Source of the DNA: Lingula anatina
Lineage: Eukaryota; Animalia; Brachiopoda
Assembly: GCA_051362555.1 (NCBI GenBank)
Contig: CM120645.1
Coordinates: forward strand, 8,928,001-8,992,000
Reading direction: 5' to 3'
DNA length: 64,000 nt
The notes under the pieces: model-generated
The model's input: only the letters and a program-made list of their open reading frames with translations
What the model was told of the DNA's origin: nothing
The model's database searches: none
Part shown: positions 12,156-24,000 of the stretch, piece by piece
Layout: each line of letters opens with the position of its first letter
How positions within the stretch are numbered: the first letter of the stretch is position 1
Program-made: the position numbers and the translations under genes

Positions 12156-15100
12156 TCAACTGCTGAAAAATCTGTCTTTAAGAATGCCCACAAAGTACTC
12201 TTCTGTTTTTAATAGGAATTCTTTATACCAGTTCAAAACCCTTGTTCTTCTTTCAATAACCTTGGATATTGACATTTTTTGTTCGGCTTTTAATATGTCA
12301 GGTAGTTCTTCCCATTTTTTGACATATATAACTGGGGCATCGTGTTCTTTTAATAATTGTAATGGTGCATTGTGGGATACCTTGGATTTCCCACAATTCC
12401 CTGGTGTCATGACATCCTCCACAACAGGCACAGAGCCCATTGATAACGCTTCATAAATTCTGTAACATTCTGTATTTTTCCCCACTGGGTTGAGGGTGAG
12501 ATCGCTCGTCTTTAATGCTTGGATAAAATCCTGTCTTGTATCTTCTGACTCTAGGGGGAGCCACCTGCAAACATCACCAGATTTTAGTTTAAGTCTTAAC
12601 ACATGGGATTTAAGAAGAAATACAAAACAACACTTCAAGAAGTGGTAGTACAGTTAAACCAGGTTGAGGTTGTTGAAGAAAAAAGACAAAAATTCATGCC
12701 TTAAAGATGTGTTTTAGTGTAAGCTTAACAGATGCACACAAGAGCAGCAATTTAACTCTATCCAAAATACACAAATCAAGTGCTTCAGTCATGATATTCC
12801 CAAGCAAAACAAATTTCACCTGAACTTTCAAAACAAAAATACATTTGTACTATAGTAATTCAACACATTCACAAAACAAACACAGTAAACAATTTCAGTA
12901 ACCATTTTCCACCCATTTTCTTAAATATTTCATAACATCAAAATAATTTATGACAGACTTACTCATATCTGGGCTTGAGGTAGCATAAGTTACCCATGTT
13001 GTGAGCAGTCAGAATTTTCATCAAAGTTTCTCTGGAAGAATTAGGGTACACAGTGCCCAAAAAGTTACATATATATTGCCTCGGTTTCATTGCATTGATT
13101 ATTGTGTCCCTAAACTTTGGAAAACCTCTGTACCTGAAATGGAAGAAAGAAATGTTATCATATCATTTCATAGAGCTTCACCATTAATTAAACATACATA
13201 GTTGTTGTCACTTTAAATCTCAAAATATGCACTTTGTGAGCATGACATGAGAAAGGCAGCAAATGCATCATGTTTTGTATAAACTTCAAATATGTCAGTC
13301 TCAGATAATCAGTGTAATTAGTATGTTTTTTTTTATCTTAATTTACTTACATACCTTTTAAATCAGTCAAACAATCAACCAGCACTGGTACTCTATAATT
13401 ATGATTAAATATTCTATTCTTTGTCTGATCACTCACGTAGCGACACCTAGTGGCCACTGGTAGAAGTTCACATTGTCCACATCTGGACTATCATAAACAA
13501 GAAACACCAGCTTCACCAGTCCTCCATTCTGAACTAAATACGGCTTGATCCACTCATTATCACACTGCTCATTGCCCAAGAGTATCACAGCTACATTCTT
13601 CAACTTTTCAAAAGTTGACAACGAATCGAGCCAAATCTTGGCAAAGTCTATTTTGGACTGTTCCCGTCCATTGAGAACAAGGACTAGGTTTTCAACATCC
13701 TTGGGGGCTTTGTGAGGGACAACCCCTGGTCCAGTCCTAAACCTGGCATGGGGAGACAAAATTTGGGAAAATGTAAACATTCGCTACCCTGGCAGTCTGA
13801 ACTGTTACCAGTTAAAAACTTAAAACTAAAAGCATTAACATTCATTTCGGACAGTGTTTTGAGCAAAAATGCATATACAGTGTAATTCATCTAAATATCA
13901 ATTAAAACAGAAATCATATTATGTAACATTATATTTACCACATCAAATATACATTCTATAACAACTGAATCAAAAAAGTTATAAAAAATAACATTTTCTA
14001 GTAGTCATATTACAAAATGAAAGAATACCACACTAAAATAATTTAGTGACAATAATCCCTTTTAGAGAAGTGCAATTCTTCAAATCACCTAAAAATGAGA
14101 TTCTGTATTCGCTTGCTGCCATATTGCCAGACTCCTCCCAACCTGTCCTCCAAGGTACTGTTCATGATGTGCTCCCACAGGTACAGACCTGAAACATTAG
14201 TCTGGCATTAAATTTAAACTGTCACTTATCTTTTTCTCTCAATAAATGGATAACTGTAACAATAATTTTCACAGAAGTCTGTACCAGTATGTCATTATTG
14301 TGAGCATGTTAATAGGTCTCTAAAAAGATTTGTTTAATATCAGCAAAATACTAAATAAAAAAAATTTAAAAATGGCTTAAATGTAATTTGGCAAAGTGAT
14401 ATTTATCCATTATTTCCTAATTAAATGTATTTTAGTCTGATGTACTTTGTTAATGTTATGTGTAGAAAGCTTCTAATTTATTACAGATTCCGGAGTCTAC
14501 TTTCAGCATTTATAAGTTTTTTACATTTTTTACTTTAAGATCTGCAGACCAAATACCACAGAATGGCCTTAGAATAAAATGGGAAATGTGATAAATATGA
14601 ATAAAGTCAAAAGTTTCTTCAAACAAAACATTGAAATTCATATCCTTACCAATGGCAGCTTTCCCCCATAATTCAATATTATGTATTTTCTGTGATGGGA
14701 GTTTTTTCACTGCACCAAGCTCCAACTGGCGCCATGGCAACATGCTGCCATGATGACTGTTGCCATGAAGTGCCTGCTTTTCAACATCTGACAATCTGAA
14801 CACTGGGGCCTGGAAAGGGGGTCTTCTCTGTCCACCTTTTTCATTCTCAAACTCCTCCCCCCACGGGTTCCAGTTTTCTTCTTTGCTCTTTGCAGAGAGC
14901 CTTGTACCACTTAAAGCTGGAAAAAAGTAGTATATCAAAATTAAATAAATCAGTCTGGGACGTTAGCCACTGGTAGCTTTTTCAAAATGCCAAAATGTGA
15001 GACAACTGGCTGTCAGTGGTGCAATCTATCATGTATTAACTTAATGTCAAGGGGACAGAGAGACAAAGAGAACACTGAAATCTAGAGTCATGGAACAAAG

Positions 15101-15536
15101 AGACAGAGTTGGTGGTGGTGGTGGTGGTGGTGGGGGGAGACAATTTATCTCTCATATGGGACAGCACTATAATTGATACACTAGTAAATATTGCTCAGCC
15201 TCAAGTAGTAACCCACACTATGACTGAAGAAGGTCACTGTCGTGATCGAAAGCTTTGTTTGGTACAGCGCTATATTTTGTAGCAATTGAACAGTTTAAGC
15301 GTACAAAAGAACCTGAATTAAAGTTTTAAACTGTACTTTTAATACTAGTACTGAAAAAAAAAAAAAAAAAAAAAACATTCGATGGTCTTCCCCCTACCAA
15401 ATTTGATCCCATTTTGGAAAGCTGTATTTTCTGCTTTTCTTAGTGTTTTCTGCAGCCATAAATACGTTGTGTAGCAGGTAAAGGCGACATAAATGCAAAT
15501 AATTCCCTGAGCAAGCTTCTTAAGCGAGCACCTCAT
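12156..15536 (-). CDS. RXYLT1: Ribitol-5-phosphate xylosyltransferase 1 (TMEM5)
   Basis: Exons 15536-15398, 14916-14650, 14188-14089, 13742-13437, 13133-12963, 12564-12156 (1392 nt, 463 aa). N-terminal TM anchor; motifs EENWNPW, ELWGKAAIGLYLWEHI, FRTGPGVVP, LVLNGRE, LLGNEQCDNEW, QWPLGVATYRGFP, CNFLGTVY, SDLTLNPVGKNTECYRIYEALSMGSVPVVED match TMEM5/RXYLT1. Confidence 0.93.
15223..15258 (+). ncRNA. Hammerhead core-like motif (stem I not supported)
   Basis: CTGAAGA-a-ggtcac tgtc gtgatc-GAAA-gctt: core and stem II intact, stem I pairing poor. Confidence 0.3.
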
Positions 15537-15819
15537 TCCGCCATCATGACGCGACCAATCCAAAGCTACAATTGCAGGTATCAACAAGTATCAACAAAGA
15601 TTTCTAACTTAAGTATGTGATTTTACATTTGTTTAACTAAACAAAAACCAATTTCCTTATATTTTAGATAATCTAATTACATGCAAAGGGCAGAATTTAT
15701 CGAAAAAAATCATGTTATTATCTCGAGGTAACAAGGTAGCACCGATACAACTACTTATCTCTCATTATCGAGATGTCGGTTTACTCCACGTGACCACTTC
15801 GAGATTTGCCATAGTCAAC
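15537..15819. promoter_or_regulatory. Bidirectional promoter shared by RXYLT1 and THUMPD3
   Basis: Only 283 bp separates the divergent ATGs (15536 minus, 15820 plus); E-box CACGTG at about 15787. Confidence 0.75.
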
Positions 15820-17967
15820 ATGTCTGCGCCCATCTCGCCTGTGGTGGAGGCCTCCTCCAGACAGGATTTGTGCGAAATTGAAGCCACAGTAACCAGCGGA
15901 TTTGAAGTCGTAGCATTGCAAGATGCCGTCGAGAAGTTGGGCTGTAAAGTCGTCAGAGGAAGAGGCAGGATTTTTATTCACATCCCTGTGAAGCAAGCGG
16001 AAAAGGTATCGTTATCGCGACCGTGTTTTGGTTGTGAGCGCTGCCGTTTTCCCCGTCATTCTTTTGTCCCGAATGATTTGTAATGGATTTTACCCTGTTT
16101 ATTAATGCAGTTATAGGATGATGTGAATGGCTTTTATGTTGTGAAGACTTATTTGTTCTTTGTACCTATTTAGGAAGGGTTTAAGTCGGCTGGTAAAAGC
16201 CAGACATAAGCCAGACACTATTACGTAACACGCGTGGCGTAACTGCCCTCATTTACGTCTGGTGTATTGATTCTCAAGATGACGGATTTAAATTGAAGTG
16301 TTAAATAAATAATGGCGGAAAAAGGCAGAATTCAAGGTAAATAGCGACTATGGGATAAGAAATACGTAAAATATGGAAGGCACGTTCGTTCATTTAACGG
16401 TACTTACATACTAGCACTACCAGTATAGGAAGCAGATATGGCAATTGTGATACCATACTGGCAGGTCGTAATTTGAAGACGGATGGATGAAAAATTCATC
16501 CGGGGAGAGTTATATTGTACATTTGACCATTTTGAGAGCTATAAAATACTGTAGAATATTTATTAAGCATTTACCTGTAGCTTATACTGTGATTAAATGT
16601 TTTAGTGACCTAATTTTGTTTCATTAAATAAAAGATAAGTCCTTTAAAATGATAATTTTTCTGTTAATTACAATTTACCCCGCAGATTGAGAGAAATATG
16701 GTGACATTGTTCAGTAAAGACTTATAGACTTTTCATCATATAATAATATGTAATGCTGCTTAACACTAATTCTAAAAGTAAAGGTAACTGGTTTTCTTTC
16801 TAAAATTCTGAAAGCAAGATTTTTTTTTGCAAGTTATTTGTCAGTATTCCAATTTTGATGATTTGCTTGTTATAGATAAATATTAGAGTGATGATGATAT
16901 TTGCAAGTTATATACTCAGCATTTATATTGATGTTATAATTTAAAATAATGAAAGAATCACAGTCTTGTAAAAGTAACTGCTTTATAGTTTTATTAACAA
17001 ATGAAAAAATTAGTTTTGTTCTGTTCTTAGAAAACAAGTGACCTTAAAGTCATTTATGCTAATGTCTTTGCCTTGAAAGCTTTTTCGACATAATGGTCAG
17101 CAAAATTTTGTAAGAAAAATAAATGAAAATAAAAAAATATATATAAAGGTTCATTTACAAATGATATAACAACCTCTGATAATGTAAGACATTTTCAAAT
17201 GAATAATCCAAACATTGATTATATCCAGCTCTGTCCTATTTAATTTTATTACTATTTCTCCTTTGGTTCAACTGGAAAAAGTACAAAAAAATTCTATAAG
17301 ATACTATCTTGCCTTCAAGGGAAAATTAATAGGGATAAAATATAGGTTGACAAATCATGATATTGTTTGATATCTGTTTGTTTCTAGGGGACAGTGCCAG
17401 CATGCACATTGCTATTTAATTATATTTGATGTAATTTGACATAGGGTCATGTGTTAGGTCATAATGTGTGGAAATGATTTCAAACTTCTTATTATAAAAC
17501 TGCAGGTGTGTGTGTGTTGATTGTAATAGTATATTCTAATTTTGGTCCTTCCAGGTGATTGCATTGTTTTGATTACTCCAGTGTTGCTTAATCTGCACTG
17601 TACTGAATGACTCCAGATCTTCAGGTTTAGCCACAGGCTAAATATGTTGTTGTAAATAATTGTGTATCTGTAGGCTTTCTAGTACATACTTTATATAAAT
17701 ATTATAATAGTCAATTATTTGAGGGACGTGATTTTATTATTTTAAATGTAGATAGCGTTAGTTGAGTTCATTGATTGATATTATGGAGTGTGCTATAAGT
17801 AATCTTCTACAGGAAAGTCCATGTTTGCCAGTGGCCCTGTACATTTTATCTGTAATACATGATGTCAGGGAAAGATTGCTTATTTTTAATTCTCATCAAT
17901 ATCCTGTATGCAGTCCTTTAACTTCCTAATGCTGATGCTTCAAAAATATGATATATATATATACCCT

Positions 17968-18063
<96 letters not shown>

Positions 18064-21000
18064 AGTCAAGGAAAGAGGAAAGATGAGCAAAAGATATTAT
18101 GTGTCTTGGGTTACATCTAATATTGAATTGATCATAATAATTAAAAATATTTTATTTATATATTTATTTCACAGGTGCTACAGCTTGGGGGTGTTGATAA
18201 CTTGTATGTGGTAGTGAAACGATACGAAGATTTCAACTTTTCAAAGGACCAGGTTTGTGTTTTTTTTTTCTTTTTTTTTTAATTTCTGAGTCACCAAGAA
18301 TTAATAATGAAATCAAAATTATTAAAGTGATGTCAAATTTGTAAGTTTTGGTACCCATTGAACCTTAACTTGATGTTATATTCATGCAATTATAACAATT
18401 ATTAAACATTAGACATTTTTTTTTTGTGTGTGTGTGTGTGTGTGTGTTTACTTTTATTTATGTTTATACAAAATCACCCATAATGACATAAGTGACACAG
18501 TTGCAGAATTACAAACTTAAGGAATAATGCAACATGTCCTACAGCCCAATATACACAGTAGCATGCTGTGTGATAGCGAGACATTCTATTCAATTTGTGT
18601 ATATTGGTCTAGGAGACAGCAGTGTATTATTTGTCAGACATACATACATACATACATACAAAGGGATATTGTACATGGTTTCCACCCAAACACCCTTATT
18701 TTTAATAGAATATGCAGATATCAAAGAATGGATATCAGCCCAACAGTAGATATTAAGGCTTAGCATATTTCAAAGTTGTTATACTGCCACCAGTAAATAT
18801 GAATTGTCAGCGATGATTGAGGGAACAGGCAAATTATCACGTGCATGGACAGCTTGTTGTGGATTTGACATATTAATTGCAATAATCAATAAGTTGGAAC
18901 TTGCATAAGCAACACAAGAGTGACTGCCTTTAACGTGGTTCAGAGCTGAACTGAATAATGAATGTAATGTGAACTTATATAATACATATAGCAAGTAATT
19001 TCCTGGTGTCTGCTAGTTGGGGGTCATGAAGATCTGATCAATATTTCTGTTAAAGGTACATATGAACTGAGTGTGGATTCCCAGTAACACATATAAACCA
19101 CTTCTACTACGTAGTTTCTTATGCGTCTTAAATAAATTTGACAAGGGATAAACTAAATAAATTACTTGATCAACCATAAAAGAGCTTTTAAAAAAATTTT
19201 GGTTGTAAATTTAACCTTCTTATCTGCCCCATTTACTGACAACATACTAGTAGAAATTAAGCTAGCATAAAAATTTGTTCAAATATTATTTATGGTAATA
19301 TTGAACAATGTGTTTTGGTGATTCTCTTGGTTATACTATTTGAAACTATAGATATGTTGGTCAGCTTAAGTGGCAAAAAATTGACTTCATATGCTGTCTG
19401 TTGATTGCTTGGACAGTGGTTGAATTTTAGAAAAATTCCCTTCCTTTTTGTGGCAGAGGATATTTATTTGTTTATTTTAATGAAATAGATAAGAAAGCTA
19501 AAATCAGTGCAAGTCTATTAGCACTTGTGTGAAGTAAAATTATTGGTCAAAGGAACAGCATTTTTTTTTTTTTTTTTTTTGCAAATGGACTAGCCTATGG
19601 ACTAAAGCCATCAGACTTCAAGACTTGGTATAAATTAAGTCTTCATTCATAAATACTAGATAAATGCAATAACTTTTTACATGATTGCATGGTTGAAAAT
19701 TATTTGCAAACCTAGCATACATTGATACTGCAAGCAATGGGAAAGCACCCTGAGCTTCAGAGATAACTTGCCACTAACCTCTTCACTATAGCCTATCTTC
19801 ATCGTGTCAAGTTACCTCTGACCACATTCGATAGCCCCCGCCGCCCGCAAAACAAATTTAAAGCCCGCACTCAATAACTCATTGAACGATCTAGCCAATG
19901 AACGCGAACGAGTCAAAGTGCGCTTTGTTCAAATCCGGACCAATTAAAGATAAGGCTGAATATCAGGGACTTGCCGTAACCTGTGGGCAAAATACATCAT
20001 CCCTCAGTAGATAATGATGCAGGGCCTCAAACTGCTCTGGTTTCAATTCCGATATACTCATATTTTGCAAAGAATCAAGAGATAACTTAACACATTATTT
20101 TACGTAGTCACTCGTAGGAGACGCCATGCCTTCTTTGTGTACGGTTATGCACTTGGAACTACTCGGATGTCTCTGCACTTGACAATAACTTTGTTGTTAG
20201 TATGGAGCTTGCGGAATCAGCCGAGGATTGCCAATTGACGGTCAACCAATCAGCGTTTTCACCAAACTTTGGTGAAAAATTTTGAAACATGGATTTGATT
20301 GGCTTATGTAAACTAGGTCAAACTATTTTCGTCAGAGATAACTTGACACGATGAAGATATGCTATAGTGAAGTGGTTAGTGGCAAGTTATCTCTGAAGCT
20401 CAGGGTGTGGGAAAGTGTCTTTTACACGTTTTGTTTGTTGGTTTGTTTTTATAATTCAAATAACTAAATTTCTTTTTTTTCTGTATTTTAAAACAGGAAG
20501 AGGTAATGAAACAAATCAAAGGTATAGTGCCCGAAGTCAACTGGGAGTTGGGCCTCCACGTCTGGTCAAAGTTCATCAAATTTGCACACCAGGTGTCGCC
20601 ACATCCTATAGACCCCTCAGCCTGCCAATCACAGATATCGATACAAAAACAACAACCAGTTAGCCAACCAAAAGTGATAATCCAACAGAAAAATGGGGAC
20701 AAGGACTGCCTTAATTCTAAACAGAACAGCAATGTGACTGAAGTGGCCCCACACAGTGGCGATTGTTTCTTTTCCTCCAAACAGGACGATGCTGTTCACA
20801 GTGATACTGACCATTCTGTGATGGGGAAACCCACGTCTCAGTGTAGCATACTGACCACTAGGTTGAAACAAGCATTAAGGACCACTCCTTTAGACAACAG
20901 TGACGAACCTGCCGCCAAAAAGAAGAGGACTTTCAATCCGAATTTGCCCAAATTTCGGGCCACTTGTTACAGGACAGGGAATAATCATAGTTTTCAGTCG

Positions 21001-24000
21001 ATGGAGGCTGCGTCCCAATTTGGAGGGACTATTCAGGATTATTTTGGATGGAACGTGGATCTGAAGAATCATGATTTGGAAGTGGTTCTGAATATAGCAG
21101 ATAATGACGTATATGTTACCCTTGGGCTGACCACGGAAAGCCTGCACAAGAGAAATATTGTGGATTTTGGACCCACCACACTAAAGACAACTATAGCTTA
21201 TAACATGCTACGGTAGGAAAAATATGTTGTTTTATGCACATTTTCTTTGTTAACTGCCTGAAATAATGCTGAAGCAATTGATACTGCAAGCTTGTGTAGA
21301 CATTTTAATTTCTTATGAAGAAATTCCATTATATGTATGTGTGTAGTTGTGTAACTGCAGTTTCAAAATGTAATTTTTTTAAAGTTATCAGTCTTTTCCT
21401 TCATGCATTTCACATTGTTTCATGATGTTTTTTTCTTTAAGCTTTTGAGAAAGTTTGAAAAATGTTATATCCTTTTTATTATGTTACAAGACTTAGGTGC
21501 ATTTTACAGTGATTATTACCTAAAAGTACATGTCACTTATAACTACATAACTAAAGCTATTATATGGTAACAGTTTTAAAGTAAAAGTACAAAAAGACTT
21601 TTGAAAAAATAATGAATGACAATGGGCACAATTTATACTTAAAATTTATTATGCAAAGCAATATTGACACAATTTGATTTTGCTCATGTATAAGAAAATT
21701 ATATCAAATTGTTTCTTTCCAGATTATCTCATATCCTGCCTGGCGATGTTGTTTGTGATCCTATGTGTGGGGGTGGCTCTATATCTATAGAGGTATGTGA
21801 TCCTTTGTGTGGGGGTGGCTATATATCTATAGAGGTATGTGATCCTTTGTGTGGGGGTGGCTCTCTATCTATAGAGGTATGTGATCCTATGTGTGGGGGT
21901 GGCTCTATATCTATAGAGGTATGTGATCCTATGTGTGGGGGTGGCTCTATATCTATAGAGGTACGTGATCCTGTTTGGGGGTGGCTTTATATCTATAGAG
22001 ACATGAAAAATGAGGAATTTGAATTCGAATTAAATTTACTAGTTTTGTGGAGAAACACTTTTACATTCCTATCTCAAAATCTACAAAGAGGGACATTGGT
22101 TTAGTATATTTGATGCTGTTACTAGGGCATCTATGTACTTTTGAATCTTCACTTACTTTGTTTACTACCAGGTCTTTCATTTTGATAATATATTTTAGAG
22201 TATGATATTGGATTTTACTACTTCTTATAGGGTGCTGTTAACTGGCCCAATGCCTACCATATATGTGGTGACATCTATATTATCTTGTCCTTCAGGGTGC
22301 TGTAAACTGGCCCAATGCATATCATATATGTGGTGACATCTATATTATCTTGTCCTTCAGGGTGCTGTAAACTGGCCCAATGCATATCATATATGTGGTG
22401 ACATCTATATTATCTTGTCCTTCAGGGTGCTGTAAACTGGCCCAGTGCGTATCATATATGTGGTGACATCTATATTATCTTGTCCGTCAGGGTGCTGTAA
22501 ACTGGCCCAGTGCGTATCATATATGTGGTGACATCTATATTATCTTGTCCTTCAGGGTGCTGTAAACTGGCCCAATGCGTATCATATATGTGGTGACAAC
22601 CATGAGAAGGCCTGGCCTAGATGTCAGCAGAACCTGGACTTTGTCCGTGAGAAGAGGAGAGTGAAAGGAAGGTAGGGTATATTTACAAATTTAAATTTCA
22701 CCTTTATTGTATTTTTAATCAATAACGAGGAAGTGGGATGCTGTGTGGCCGATCTTTTCAGAACCTTTTTGGAAAGTTGAAACTTGTGTGTTTAAATTCA
22801 GCATTAGAAGAAAAAGATAGGCAGTGTTTTCTAGTTTTCTCTGTAATAAGTCCCAGTTGTAACCACCTGAAATATATTAATTTTCTGGATTTTTGGATTT
22901 TTAATTACCTGTTACCTACCTACCCCATGTCTATACAGGTGCATAAGGCTGAAAACCAAATAAAAAATTTTTACATGAACTTACTTTTCAGTATTAATGA
23001 GCAAGGGAAAATAAAAAAATTATATTATTAACTAAAGATAACTTTTAAAATCAGGTCGTCAGCTACCTGTGATGTGATGAAGTGGGACGTGACTAACCTA
23101 CCTCTACGAGATAACACAGTGGACGTCTTTATTACAGACTTGGTAAGTTGGTTCTTGTTTATTAATTTGTTATTTATTCATTTATTACAGTTGCAAGTCA
23201 TACTGTTTTAAATCATGAAATTACAGCGAGGATTGGTCATGTTGTGAAAATGTTTTGTGTCAGTTGTGATTTATTTATATTTTCTCCTTTGAAAACCCAC
23301 TTGTTTACCAGTGTCTTTAAGTCAGCCACTATGGCACCTTTTTTTAATTTTTTTCAGTTCTACTTTTACATTTTTTGTTCAGTGTAAATGACTCTATACT
23401 GTATGTTGATTATCCAGTAACATTCTAACCCGATCTACACTGATTAAAGCAAAATGCACTGTTGTTGTAATTATTATAAAAACTATACATGTTATGTTAT
23501 AAACTGGATATTAATAATGGAATTTTCTTTCCTCATTTCAGCCATTTGGTAAAAGGTAAGATAATAATTTGTGAGTAAGATTGCATTAGAGTTCCAATAT
23601 CAGTTTTGACTCAACTGGGTATTTGCTTTCACAGAAAAAATAAATCACAATATTTGTCTTAAAAGAAAAAATTTAAAAGCAGCTATGATGCAGTAAGTAT
23701 GATATGCTAATGCAAAAACAAGACAGTGAATACTGTTTTACATTTTGTCAGCTACACCCTATATACCACATGCTTTGTTTGTAACAAATATATGTAACAA
23801 TTAACGGTAGCTGGGGCAGTGGGGAACCACTATATACAGAGTGGTGAATAATTGCTGTGCTGCACTTCTGCATTAAAATTATATGTATTTATAAACATCA
23901 GTTATTTCCACTTCAGACTGGGCTCCACCATGGACAACAGAGTGCTGTACCCTAAAGCATTAACTGAGATGGCCAGAGTGTGCAAACCTAAGACTGGGAG

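Noticed and set aside
17908-18214. ORFs with YIYIYI runs
   Set aside because: Translation of the (TA)n microsatellite; only 18175-18252 is a real exon.
20620-20930. Long low-complexity insert in THUMPD3 exon 3
   Set aside because: A variable disordered insert in this part of THUMPD3 is normal for the family as I recall it.
21751-22598. Regularly spaced repeats resembling a CRISPR array
   Set aside because: Units are head-to-tail with no unique spacers, there are no cas genes, the context is eukaryotic and the repeats copy host exon sequence.
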